The notes: a model not told the origin generated them from the letters alone. A stretch of DNA of 64,000 nt from an uncultured Actinomycetes bacterium (GCA_963784595.1 CAWARX010000007.1:410-64409); one strand, 5' to 3'. Positions 11,205 to 22,874 are shown, counted from the first letter of the stretch. Made by a program: numbers and translations.

Positions 11205-12491
11205 CTACTTCACACCCTTCGGGTACTTGACCTGCCGATACTTGCCGGTGTTCCCGACCTGCTTGAGGAGGTCGTAACAGGCGAACGGCGCAGTGATGGC
11301 CCACTTGGTGCCGTCACTGGTCACGAGCTCTCCGCACGGTGCTCCCGCCTTGAAGCTCGCCGGGTAGTAGGTCGGTCCCACGACGTCGGGGATCTGGTAT
11401 TTGAAGTCGCGCGGCCGCCTTCTGGAACGCCTCGGGCGTCAGGTTCTTGCCGACCTTCTTGAGGATCTGCACGAACATGTCGGCCGAGAAGTACCCGGCG
11501 AGCGCCGGCTGGCCGATGTCGGCCGTCGCGATGCCCGCGTTGTTCAGGGTCTGGACCACCTTCTGCATGTTCGGCGCCGTCGACTCCGGCGTCGGCGAAC
11601 TGCGTGAACGCGGACCACGTGTTCGCCAGCTTGGTCAGCTGCGGGGCGTACGACACCGCGTTGGTCTGGATGCCCTTGTAGCCGGCCTGGGTGAGCGCCT
11701 TGCCGAGGCCGAACACGTTGTTCTGTCCGACGACCAGGAAGACCACGTCGGGCGGCTGGTCGTTGTCGGACGTCATGATGGCCTGCACGTACGGCGAGTA
11801 GTCGGTGACAGTCGCCGGCAGCGGCGGCATCGAGGCCTGCTGGTAGACCACCTTCATGCCCACGGCCTTGGCGGTCGCCGAGATCACCTCGACCCCCTGC
11901 TTGCCCGAGTCGTTGTTCTCGGCGATCACTGCGGCGGTCTTGCCCCTCGCGCCGCCCTTGCCCTGGCTCTTGAGCTGCTGGTCGACCAGTTCACCCCAGG
12001 TGTTGCCCGGGTAGGTGGGCGGGTTCGGCACGAGGCAGCCGGTGAACCCGAACACGTACTTGTTCGACGGATCGCAGAACGCGGGCGCGATGCCCCAGCC
12101 GATCGTGGGCACCTTCTGCTGGTTGAAGTACGCGCCGGCCTGGAGCGTCGCCGTGACCACGGGCACGACGCCGAACACGCCCTGCTGCTCGACCAGCCCA
12201 CGGCCCTCCGACAGGTCCGCGTCGGGCGTCGTCTTGTCGTCGGAGAAGCCGACGTAGTCGATCTTGCGACCGCCCGGGATCTCGCCGTTCTGGTTCGCCT
12301 CGTCGAAGCGCGCCCTTCGCGGCATGCCCCGCGGCCGAGTAGAACGCGGCGTACCCGAGACCGCCGACCTTGATCGTGGAGCTCGTCACGCCGCGCACGC
12401 TGCTCTGCGCGCCTGCGGAGCCGATCGATCCGACGGTCGACGCGGCCAGCGCCGCGGCGAGCGCCGCCACGACGAACTTGGTTCGTTTCAC
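11205..12491 (-). CDS. Liv-type ABC substrate-binding protein (frameshifted)
   Basis: Signal peptide MKRTKFVVAALAAALAA, VRGVTSSTIKVGG, ARFDEANQNGEIPGGRKI; reconstructed stop near 11205. Confidence 0.8.
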
Positions 12492-12616
12492 TTCATCCCC
12501 CTTGGTTGTTGGTGATGGTGGTGCGCGCGCCCGACCCTGCCGGACCGGCCACGACGCAGGCGTCGGCGAGGCGGCGATCGGGCCTGGTCACGGAGCGGCT
12601 CGATCCACCAGCCGGC

Positions 12617-13866
12617 TCAAGAGATGTTGCCGACCGGCTTGCCGATCCGGTCCAGGGCAGGGGTTACGGCGTCGTCGGGGAGCTCACCCGGGGCAAGAGG
12701 GGTCGCAACCTCGCCGACGCGGGGGCCGATCCGATCGGCGATCGGCACGAGGCGATCGAGATCGAAGCCGTAGACGCGCGCGCGGCGTTCACGCCCAGCA
12801 TCCGGGCCACTTCGTCGGGGTCGACGCCGGCGAACGTGTGCCGCAGGGCCTGTGACGTGTGCGGGAACGTCCCCTCGATGTGCGGATAGTCGCTTCCCCA
12901 CATGATCGTGTCGATGCCGGTCTCGGCGCGGACCGAGCAGTCGACGGGACCCATGAAGCTCGCACCGAGGAAGCACTGCCGAGCCCAGTACTCGCTCGGC
13001 TTCAGTGACAGCGGGCGCGCAACCTCACCGCCGAACCGCTCCTCGATGCTGCCCGGCACGTTGCGCATCCGGTCGACGGCCCAGTCGAGGCCCGCCAAGA
13101 GCGCGGGCACCCAGGAGCTGCCCTGCTCGGTCATGACGAAGGTCAGGTCGGGGTGCCGCTCGAACACTCCGCCGAGGATGAACCGGACGAGGGGTCGCTG
13201 CGCGTACCAGCCGTACTCCACGAACAGCAGCGCCGGGGTCGCCGGGTACGGACCCAGGTCGGGAGCACCACTGCCGCCGTGGACGTTGACCGGCAGGCCG
13301 AGTTCCGCGCACGCCGCCCACAGTGGCTCGTACACGGGGGCATGCAACGGGGGGAGGTGCGAGTCGGGGGCGACGTTCGGGACCATCACGCCGCCGAACA
13401 GGCCGACGTCCTTCACCCACCGTGCCTCGGCCACCGCGTCGTCGACGTCGTTGAGCAGGAGCTGCGCGACGCCGGCGCGTCGGCCCGGCAGGTCGGCGCA
13501 GAAGTCGGCCAGCCATCGGTTGTGGGCCCGGATGCCGGCCCACCGCAGCTCGTACTCGTCGGGTCGGCAGTCGGGCAGCGTGAGGGTGCCGCTCGGGAAG
13601 AACGGCGGGATCGTGTTGGGGTACACGACTTCGCCGACGATGCCGTCGGCCTCGAAGTCCGCTTGGCGGATCGCGGGTTCGAAGTTGCGCCGATACTCGA
13701 ACGTGTCCGTCTCGACGAGGTCCTCGTACGGGTTGACGAACTCGGCCTCCCACGCATCGAACTGCTCGAGGTACCGAGCCTCCAGGTACTCGCGGTAGGT
13801 GTGGATCGGTGCGCCGGCGTGACAGTCGGACGAGATGACGACGTAGCGGTCATTGGGGTTCGGCAC
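12617..13866 (-). CDS. Amidohydrolase family protein (amidohydrolase_2 type); C-terminal frameshift
   Basis: ISSDCHAG, VNVHGG, TEQGSSW, MWGSDYPHIEGT. Confidence 0.88.
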
Positions 13867-13934
13867 GAGCCACCCTCCGCTTTGGTCAGAGCGAAGTCGC
13901 TCAGGAACCCGAACATTAATATATGCTTTGAACT

Positions 13935-15068
13935 ATGTCGAGCACCGGACTTCAGGAGGCGCTCAGCCTCTCGGATGTTCGACGCCACCATCTCGCGGTC
14001 GTGCTCGGCCGGTTGCGCCGCCACGGACCGCGGTCGAGAGCGGACCTGGCCCGGCAGACCGGGCTCACCAAGGCCACGGTGTCCACCCTCGTGGCCGACC
14101 TGATGGCGCGCGACCTCGTGGCCGAGATCGCTGCACAGTCCGGATCGGTGGGTCGCCCGGCGACGTTGGTCGCCGCAACAGGGATGTCGGTGCTGACGCT
14201 GGGGATGCAGATCGAGGTCGACCACGTCTCGGCCTGCGCCGCTGACCTCACGGGCCGGGTTGTGAGGTCCGAGCGCCGGTATCGGGACAACCGAGCCTGC
14301 AGCCCCGACGCAGTGTTGGGACGGCTGGCCGAGGTGACCGCCAGCGTGCTCGACGCTGTAGCCGGACGAGACGTCGAGGTCGTCGGCGCGTGCGTGGCGG
14401 TGCCCGGCTTGGTGGAGCCCGTGAGTGGGGAGATCCTGGTTGCTCCCAACCTGGCATGGTCCCGGTTGGAGCTCAGCGGTCTGTCGGGCGTCCTCGGTCT
14501 TCTTCCCGGCGTCGATGTCGTGGTCGACAACGAGGCGAATCTGTGTGCTCTGGCGGAGCTCGAGCGCTGGGATCAGGAGGGACCCCCTTCGTTCGTCTAC
14601 GTCTCGGGTGGCGTTGGAGTGGGCGCGGGCATCGTCGTGGAGGGTCACCTGATGCGCGGTGTGCACGGCTTCGGCGGCGAGATCGGCCACCTCGTCGTCG
14701 AGCCGGAGGGGCGGCGGTGTGCCTGTGGTGCCCGCGGCTGTCTGGAGACGATCGTGGGTGCCGAACGCGTGGCGTCGACCACGGTCCGAGCCCGGGCGCT
14801 GAGCCGAGCCCTCACGGGTGTCGTCCACCTTCTCGACCCCGCGGCCGTCATCTTGGGCGGTACGTTCTCCGGCGACGAGAGGCTGGCGGAGCTCGTGGCT
14901 GAGCAGCTCCACACGGAGACTCTCGCGGGTCGCTGGCGACCTTGCATCGTTCGGACGTCCTCACTCGGCGTCGATGCAGCACTCCTCGGAGCCGCCCGAC
15001 GCGCCCTCGAGGGCGTCCTCGCCGATCCCACCCACGTCGCGAGTCGCGACGGCGTGCCCTCGCCGTGA
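13935..15068 (+). CDS. ROK family transcriptional regulator (XylR-like)
   Basis: N-terminal HTH SRADLARQTGLTKATVS; VDNEAN; GVGAG; GEIGH...CACGARGCLE. Confidence 0.9.
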   Translation: MSSTGLQEALSLSDVRRHHLAVVLGRLRRHGPRSRADLARQTGLTKATVSTLVADLMARDLVAEIAAQSGSVGRPATLVAATGMSVLTLGMQIEVDHVSACAADLTGRVVRSERRYRDNRACSPDAVLGRLAEVTASVLDAVAGRDVEVVGACVAVPGLVEPVSGEILVAPNLAWSRLELSGLSGVLGLLPGVDVVVDNEANLCALAELERWDQEGPPSFVYVSGGVGVGAGIVVEGHLMRGVHGFGGEIGHLVVEPEGRRCACGARGCLETIVGAERVASTTVRARALSRALTGVVHLLDPAAVILGGTFSGDERLAELVAEQLHTETLAGRWRPCIVRTSSLGVDAALLGAARRALEGVLADPTHVASRDGVPSP

Positions 15069-15185
15069 GGGAACCTCGATGACCGAGGATCTCGGTCCTG
15101 CCCCGAGCATGGCTTCCCCTACGACCCGCGGGCACTCGGCTCGCAACGGTCGACCCGGCCAAGCCCAACTGAACGGAGCCGAGGG

Positions 15186-17549
15186 ATGGATCCGCTGACT
15201 GATCGGCCGCCGACCCGGTACCTCGAACGCCTCGAGGTCGACCGCCTCCGGCTGTCGACGACCACGATCCGAGAGATGGGTGAGGGGTTCGTGGTCCTGG
15301 ACGTCGCCTGGACATCGGACACCTCTGCGACGCGGCTGCCCGATGGCGTCGCCCTCGCCGGGAAGCGCGTCGAGGACGGCTCGCTCACGGTGCGCGTCGA
15401 GGCGGTCGGCCCCCGAACCTTCCGGTACCGGTTCGCACTCGGTGCCGATGTGCCAGCGGGCGGCACACCGATGCTGGCGACCGAAGTGCGAGTCGACCCT
15501 GCGGCCCGTGTCGATCGGATCGGCGCCGGCGTGACCATGACCACCGGCGGGGCATCCGTCGAGGTGGAGGTGCCCGAGGTCGGTGGGCCGACCCTGCGGT
15601 TCCGACGCGCAGACGGACGCATGGTCGGAACTGTGGGAGGCAGCGCCTCGAACCTGCTGGACGAGTGGGCGTGGGACTCGTTCCCCACGGGCATCTGCCG
15701 CACACCCGTGCCGGGACACCGACTGGCGACCGAGGTGTTCTCGATCCGCGATGACGAGTGCGTCTACGGGTTCGGGGAGCAGTTCGGTCGACTCGACAAG
15801 GTCGGCCAGACAATCGACCTCGAACATGGCAGAAGCGATGGGCACCGTCACCCCGCGGGCCTACAAGAACATGCCGTTCTTCGGGTCACCACCGCGGGGC
15901 TACGGCGTGTTCTGCCAACCACGACGCCAGGCTCACCGCCTGGGTCGGCAGCCGCATCGTCGCCCGACTCCAGGTGGCGGTGGACGACGACTGGTTCGAC
16001 AGTCTTCGTGTTCGTCGGCGACGTTCGTCAGGTGCTCCACGCCTACACCGACCTGACCGGCCGGCCGCACGTGCCGCCGGACTGGTCATTCGGGTTCTGG
16101 CAGTCGAAGATCTCCTACTCCTCGGCCGTCGAGACGATCGAGGTCGTCCGAGCGGATGCGCGGCCGACGACCTGCCCTTCGACGTACTGCACCTCGACAC
16201 CCATTGGTTCCGCCGACGACTGGCGTCTGCGACCTCGAGTTCGACCCCGACCGGTTCCCCGACCCCGCCGGGTACCTCGACGCAATGGCGGCGCTGGGCG
16301 TCAAGGTGTCGCTGTGGCAGTTGCCTTACATCCCCTCGGGCTCGGCGCTGTTCGACGACCTCGACGGCGGTCGACGGGTTCGTGCTCCGACGCCGACGGC
16401 AGCCTCTACGACGTCGGGCTGTGCTATGCGCCCGACTGGGAGGGCGGACCGATCGGATGCATCGACTTCACCAACCCCGATGCCGTCGCGGTCTACCAGC
16501 AGTGGCTCGGCACGCTGTTCGATCTCGGCGCCCGGGCCATCAAGGTCGACTTCGGCGAACAGGCACCCCTCGACGGCATCTACCACGACGGCACCCCCGG
16601 CCACCGGATGCACAACCGGTACCCGCTGCTCTACAACCGAGCCGTCGCCGAAGCGACCCATGACGCACACCGGCGAGTGGATCATCTGGGCACGGTCGGC
16701 CTTGGCGGGCTCCCAGCGGTACCCACTGCACTGGGGCGGCGACTCCACGGCGAGGTGGGACAACCTCTTCGCCGAACGTCGGCGGCGGCCTGTCCCTGGG
16801 CCTGTGCGGGTTCCCGTTCTGGAGCAGGACATCGGTGGCTTCCTCGGCGAGCCGGAAGACGACCTCCTCGTCCGTTGGCTCCAGGCCGGGCTGTTCCTCT
16901 CCCACAGCCGCATCCACGGATTCGGCAACCGCGAGCTCTACGGCGGGGCGTCACGACCGACACGCTCGGCGCCGTCCGACCTGCTCCACCTGCGGTATCG
17001 GCTCCTGCCGTACCTGACTCGGCGAGGCTCACCGTGCCGCCGCGGCCGGGCGTTCCCCTGGCTCGGCCTCTCGTCGTCGACCACCCCGACGACCCCACCA
17101 CCTGGCACCTCTCGGACCAGTGGCTCCTCGGCGACGACCTGCTCGTGGCCCCGGTCGCGACCGCCGACGGGGATCGGCGCGTCTACGTGCCCGAAGGTGA
17201 CTGGGTCCACTGGTTCACCGGCGAGCACCACCACGGGCCCACCTGGGTCACCACCCACAGCCCGCTCGACCACTTCCCGCTCTACCAGCGGGCGGCGTCC
17301 CTCGTGCCGCTCGGCCCAGTCATGGCCCATGTCGGCGCCCGACCCACCGAGCTGCTCACCCTGCGCGCGGGTGTCCCGACCGCCACGTCGGACTGGCGAG
17401 GCGTGGCGCGAGTCGACGGCGCAGCCGTGACGATCACTACCACCCGACCCGATCCCACCGTCGTCGTCGAAGGACTCCCGCCGCGCGTCGATGTCCGCGT
17501 GGTCGACGGGTCCGGGGAATCCGTCGACCGCCCGATCCGACGCATCTGA
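15186..17549 (+). CDS. Glycoside hydrolase family 31, alpha-xylosidase (YicI-like); many frameshifts
   Basis: YGFGEQF, PPDWSFGFWQS, KVDFGE (GH31 nucleophile motif), HWGGDS, QWLLGDDLLVAP. Confidence 0.82.
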   Translation: MDPLTDRPPTRYLERLEVDRLRLSTTTIREMGEGFVVLDVAWTSDTSATRLPDGVALAGKRVEDGSLTVRVEAVGPRTFRYRFALGADVPAGGTPMLATEVRVDPAARVDRIGAGVTMTTGGASVEVEVPEVGGPTLRFRRADGRMVGTVGGSASNLLDEWAWDSFPTGICRTPVPGHRLATEVFSIRDDECVYGFGEQFGRLDKVGQTIDLEHGRSDGHRHPAGLQEHAVLRVTTAGLRRVLPTTTPGSPPGSAAASSPDSRWRWTTTGSTVFVFVGDVRQVLHAYTDLTGRPHVPPDWSFGFWQSKISYSSAVETIEVVRADARPTTCPSTYCTSTPIGSADDWRLRPRVRPRPVPRPRRVPRRNGGAGRQGVAVAVALHPLGLGAVRRPRRRSTGSCSDADGSLYDVGLCYAPDWEGGPIGCIDFTNPDAVAVYQQWLGTLFDLGARAIKVDFGEQAPLDGIYHDGTPGHRMHNRYPLLYNRAVAEATHDAHRRVDHLGTVGLGGLPAVPTALGRRLHGEVGQPLRRTSAAACPWACAGSRSGAGHRWLPRRAGRRPPRPLAPGRAVPLPQPHPRIRQPRALRRGVTTDTLGAVRPAPPAVSAPAVPDSARLTVPPRPGVPLARPLVVDHPDDPTTWHLSDQWLLGDDLLVAPVATADGDRRVYVPEGDWVHWFTGEHHHGPTWVTTHSPLDHFPLYQRAASLVPLGPVMAHVGARPTELLTLRAGVPTATSDWRGVARVDGAAVTITTTRPDPTVVVEGLPPRVDVRVVDGSGESVDRPIRRI

Positions 17550-17657
17550 GGATCGTTTCCCGCGCGCTTGCCGGAGGTGCGATGTCGGTGGGTGCTCCAC
17601 ACGCTTGGGATTCCGTCATTCGGACAGAATCTGTGCCCGACGAACAGGAAGGCGGCC

Positions 17658-18853
17658 ATGAGCAGCACCCTCAGCCCCACGCCGGCTGATCGCTTCACAT
17701 TCGGTCTGTGGACCGTCGGCTGGCAGGCGCGCGATCCCTTCGGCGACGCGACCCGGCCGCCGCTCGACCCCGTCGAGTCCGTTCACCGGCTTGCGGAGCT
17801 CGGGGCCTCCGGGGTGACGTTCCACGACGACGACGTCGTGCCGTTCGGCGTGGACAAAGCCCAGCGGGATTGTCAGCTGACACGGTTCCGTGCTGCGCTC
17901 GACGAGACCGGGCTCTCAGTGCCGATGGTCACCACCAACCTGTTCACCCACCCGGTGTTCAAGGAGGGCGCGTTCACCGCGAACGACCGGGAGGTACGCC
18001 GATACTCGATCCGTAAGGTGATGCGGAACCTTGACCTCGCCGCCGAGCTCGGCGCCCAGACATACGTGTTCTGGGGTGGTCGCGAGGGCTCCGAGGTCGA
18101 CCTCGCAAAGGACGCCCGCGCCGCGCTCGATCGCTACAAGGAGGCGATCGACACCCTCGCCCAGTACGTGAAGGACCGCCGCTACGCGGTCCGCTTCGCC
18201 CTGGAGCCGAAGCCGAACGAGCCACGCGGCGACATCTTCCTGCCGACCGTCGGCCACGTCCTCGCGTTCATCTCCACCCTCGAACACGGCGACATCGTCG
18301 GGGTCAACCCGGAGACCGGTCACGAGCAGATGTCGAACCTCAACTTCGTGCACGGCGTCGCGCAGGCCCTCTGGCACGGGAAGCTCTTCCACATCGACCT
18401 CAACGGTCAGCACGGACCGAAGTTCGACCAGGACCTCGTCTTCGGTCATGGCGGCCTGCTGAGCGCCTTCGCGCTGGTGGACCTGCTCGAGTTCGGCGGT
18501 CCCGACGGCGGTCCGGCCTACGACGGCCCCCGCCACTTCGACTACAAGCCGCTGCGCACCGAAGCGGCGGACGGGGTGTGGGCCTCCGCCGCAGCGAACA
18601 TGCGCACCTACCTGCTGTTGAAGGAGCGCGCCGCTGCCTTCCGCGCCGACCCCGAGGTGCAGGAGGCCCTCGCCGACGCGGGCGTGCCCGACCTGTCGGT
18701 GCCGACGCTGGCCGGCGGCGAGACCTACGAGGATCTGCTCGCCGACGAGACCGCCTTCGAGCGCTTCGACGCCGACGCGAAAAAGGAGCGTGGTCACATG
18801 GCGCCACCCGGATCGACCAGCTGGCCGTCGAGCACCTGCTGGGAGCTCGGTAG
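17658..18853 (+). CDS. xylA: Xylose isomerase (Streptomyces-type class I); frameshift near C-terminus
   Basis: [10 protein letters not shown]...[52 protein letters not shown]. Confidence 0.95.
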
Positions 18854-20259
18854 GTGCCCCTCGTCGTCGGGGTCGACTCGTCGACCTCGGCCTGCAAGGT
18901 CGAGGTCCGCGACCTCGACACCGGTCGGCTCCTCGGTTCGGGTCGAGCCGCGCATCCGCCGACGACCCCGCCATGCAGCGAGCAGGATCCCCACGCCTGG
19001 TGGACGGCGTTCGAGGCCGCCGCGTCCCAGGCCGATCTGGCCCGGAACCGGCCCGCGGGCATCGCCGTCGCCGCGCAGCAGCACGGCCTGGTCACCCTCG
19101 ACGCCGCCGGCACGGTGATCCGCCCGGCGAAGCTCTGGAACGACACGGAGTCTGCCGACGACGCGGAGGCCCTCGTCGCCGAGCTCGGCGCCACCGGGTG
19201 GGCCGAGGCGTGCGGCAGCGTCCCGGTCGGCGAAGCTTCGCCATCACGAAGCTCCGCTGGCTGCATCGGTGCGAGCCGGACTCGTTCGCGCGGATCTTCC
19301 GAATCGGGCTGCCGCACGATTGGCTGACCCACCGGCTCACCGGCCGGTGGTCGACCGACCGGGGTGACGCGTCCGGCACCGGATGGTGGTCGCCGGCGCA
19401 GGGCACCTACCGGACCGATCTCCTCGACCTCGTCGACGGTAGCGTCGACTGGTCGAGCGCTCTGCCCGACGTGCTCGGACCCTCGGAAGCGGCAGGCGAG
19501 TGGGAGCAGGTCGGCGGTGCACTGGTCGCCGCGGGCACGGGCGACAACATGGCCGCATCGCTCGGCCTGGGCCTGAGGGCCGGCGACCTTTCGCTCAGCC
19601 TCGGGACGAGCGGCACTGCGTGCACGGTCGCCGACACGCCCATGGCGGACGCCACCGGTTCCGTCGCCGGCTTCGCCGACGCAACGGGCCGGTTCCTGCC
19701 ACTCGTGTGCACGCTCAACGCCACCAAGGTGACCGACACCGTCGCCCGGCTGCTCGGGATCACTGCCGCAGAGCTCGACCAGCTCGCGCTCGCCGCCGAA
19801 CCCGGAGCGGGAGGGCTCACGTTGGTGCCACACCTCGACGGCGAGCGGACCCCGAACCGCCCGCACGCGACGGGCTCCCTTGTGGGGTTACGATCCGATG
19901 CCCGTCACGCGACCAGCTCGCACGCGCCGCATTCGAAGGTGTCGTGTGCAACCTGCTCGCCGGAGCCGACCGGCTCGCCGTCAGCGACGGACAGGTGGTG
20001 CTGGTCGGCGGTGGTGCGCACAGCGGTGCCTATCGCCAGATCGTTGCCGACCTCGTCGGACGGCCCGTCCGGGTGTCCGAGGCGGGCGAGCTGGTCGCCG
20101 TAGGTGCCGCGGTGCAGGCCGCAGTCGCGCTGACCGGGGCGTCATTCGACGACGTAGCCACCGCCTGGAACCTCCGGGCGGGACGCACGATCGACCCGGA
20201 CCCGGCCGTGGATGCAGCCGCGATACCGTGGTCGGTACGCCGAGGCGGCGGGCACCTGA
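18854..20259 (+). CDS. xylB: Xylulokinase (FGGY kinase); frameshifted
   Basis: [47 protein letters not shown]; immediately after xylA. Confidence 0.88.
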
Positions 20260-20309
20260 CTTGCGGTGACGCGATCACGTCCCCCGCGTCGAGTGGGTCC
20301 TGTCCGCAG

Positions 20310-20592
20310 CGCATGTTGGCGGTGACCCAGAACGCGGCGTAGTAGCGATGCTCCCTGGTCGAGGCCAGAAGCTCGTGCAGCTGCGCGGCGTTCCACACCC
20401 GCGACGTGTTGCTCGACAACGGACGCCGCTTCGGCGCATGCGCGATCCTCGCCGGATTGGCGAGCAACCAGCCTCGGTGCATGGCGTCGTCGAGTGCTCG
20501 GCGCAGGATCATGTGGATCTCGACGACGGTCTTGTTGTGAAGCCCGCCCGTGCCGTCAGCGTGTCCCTCGTCGAGGAGTTCGGCGTAGAGCC
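20310..20592 (-). pseudogene. Tyrosine integrase internal fragment (core-binding region, ending just before TGMRRGE)
   Basis: RLYAELLDEGHADGTGGLHNKTVVEIHMILRRALDDAMHRGWLLANPA...VWNAAQL...RYYAAFWVTAN. Confidence 0.8.
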
Positions 20593-21460
20593 GGAGACGA
20601 CCTTGATGGGTACGCCCGCGGCGACGAGGAGCGAAGCGTGGGTGTGGCGGAGGTCGTGGAGTCGGATGCGGGGGAGCGCGAGTTTGCGTACTTGGCGGTC
20701 GAAGAGTTGGTACAGCGACTCGGCGTGCACCGGCTTGCCTGCCGCGTTGGTGAAGATTGGGTCAGCGAGCTGAACGCTGTGGCCGTCTCGGCGTTGGCGG
20801 CGCTTCCAACGGGCGAGCACAGCTTCGGTGTCGGCGTCGAGGTCGATGCAGCGGCGGCTGGAGCGGGTCTTGACCGGGACTTCGATCGAGTGGCCTCCGA
20901 CGACTTGGCGGCTGCGGGCGATGGAGAGCCGATGCGTGGTCCGGTTCCAGTCGCCCCAGCGGAGCCCCGCGATCTCGCCGCGACGCATGCCGGTGGTCGC
21001 GGCGAGGTGCAGCGCCGGGTACAGACGAAGATGCTTGATTGCCGCGAGGAACGCGGCGAGCTGGTCGGCGGTCCAGCACTCCGGTCCGGAGCGCTCGCGG
21101 GCGCGGGGCCTTGGGGGCTGTGCGCTGTGGCGACGTTCGCGGGGACGAGGTGCTGGCGGACGGCGTCATTGAGCGACGCCCGGATGATGACGTGCACGTC
21201 GTAGACGGTCTTAGGTGCGAGCCCGCAGCCGCTCGCGTCCGCCGGTGGCGAGAAGCTCTGCGTAGAAGCCGTCGAGATGCTCGGCGTGCAGCGAACGCAG
21301 CGGCATGGACCCGAGCGCGGGGTCGATGTAGTTGTCGATCATCCACGCATACCGGTGCGCGGTTGTCGGCTGCAGGCGTTGACGGCGTCGGGGCATCCAC
21401 CGCTCGGTGAGGTAGCGGCCGAGCGTCAGTTGCTGTGCGACGACAACGTGCTCGGCTGCT
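20592..21460 (-). pseudogene. Second tyrosine integrase, truncated before the LGH/catalytic Tyr and lacking a clear N-terminus
   Basis: LTLGRYLTERW...LQPTTAHRY...; MRRGEIAGLRW; HDLRHTHASLLVAAGVPIKVVS, then an abrupt switch. Confidence 0.82.
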
Positions 21461-21559
21461 TGCGGCCGATTCGAGTCGAGCGGCGATCGCTTCGGCGTCA
21501 GCGCGGGAGTGCCCGGCGGGATGCCACCGCCGGCGTTCCCGACCGGTGGCCGCCCATCA

Positions 21560-22874
21560 TCATTGGGTGCGCACCTCAACGGCATCCGCACGCGGGTGGC
21601 GCGTCGAGGGAGGGTGGGTCTCGTACATGCGGACGGCCACGACGAGGCCGGACAGCGGCGGTGAGGGCGGCGACGGCGTAGACCGCGGCCGGGATGCCGA
21701 GCGGCATCCGCGAGGATGCCGGCGAGCAGCGCGCCGACGGCGAAGCCGCCGTCGCGCCAGAGCCGGTAGATGCCGACGGAGCGGGCACGCCAGTCGGGTG
21801 GGCGACGTCGCCGATCGCAGCGAGCAGGGTCGGGTAGACCATGGCGGTGCCGGCGCCGAGCAGGACCGCGCCGCAGCCGCCCAGATCCCGAAGCCGGTGG
21901 TCGAGGCGACCATGCCGAGCGCCGACGGCCTGGAGCGAGCATGCCGCCGACGATCAGCCGTTTCCGGCCGTACCTGTCGGACAGGCCGCCGGTGACGAGC
22001 TGGCCGAGCGCCCCAGACAGCGGGGTAGACGGCGGCGAGGATGCCGATCCTTGCGATGGTCAGAGTCCGGCGGCGGCGAAGAGAGCGGGGAACAGTCCCC
22101 AGGCGAGGCCGTCGTTGAGGTTGTTCACCATGCCGGCCTGGCTGACCGAGGAGAGCGCCTGCTCGCGGAAGCTGGTCAGGGTGAAGACGTCGCGGTTGGT
22201 GAGTTCCGCGTGGAGCGTGCCGGCATGGACGGAGACGTGGTTGGCGGCTTCGAGCCTGGCGTGGTCGTGGGTCTCGCGTGACGAGCCAGGACGGAGAGCC
22301 CGAGCCCGAGGGCGACGTAGGCGGCACCGAGGAGGAACGGTCCCGGGCCGGAGCCCGTAGTTCGCCGCGATGTAGCCGGTGGCCAGGGCGGTGCCGGCGA
22401 CGGCGAGGTAGCCGGCGGCCTCGTTGAAGCCCATGGCCAAGCCGCGGCGGGAGGGGCCGACGAGGTCGATCTTCATCATCACGGTGGTGGACCAGGTCAG
22501 GCCCTGGCTGATGCCCAGCAGCACGTTGGCGGCGACGATCCATCCCCAGGACGGTCCGACAATCAGCAGCAGCGGTACAGGAAGGGCGATGAGCCAGCCG
22601 GCGACGAGCACCGGCTTGCGGCCGTAGCGGTCCGAGAGGGTGCCGGCGAAGTAGTTGGTGGCCGCCTTGGCCAGCCCGAACGCGAGGATGTACGTCAGCG
22701 CGGAGGTGTAGACGGTCAGGTGCCGAAGACCTGCCCGGCCAGCAGCGGCAGCACCGTGCGTTCCTGGCCGAGCATGCCGCCGACGAGCGCATTGACGGCG
22801 ACCAGGAGCATGAACTGGGCCAGGTTCTGCCGCAGCCCCAGTCGGATGGTGGGGGTGTCGCCGGTGGTGGTCAC
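21560..22874 (-). CDS. MFS transporter (many frameshifts)
   Basis: LRQNLAQFMLLVAVNALVGGMLGQER; GTLSDRYGRK (MFS motif A); GMVNNLNDGLAWG; GIYRLWRD. GTGA overlap with the upstream gene. Confidence 0.8.

Noticed and set aside
15186-22874. Programmed frameshifting or phase variation in GH31, xylB and the MFS gene
   Set aside because: Indels are numerous and scattered, without consistent slippery sites or repeat tracts; sequencing error or decay is simpler.
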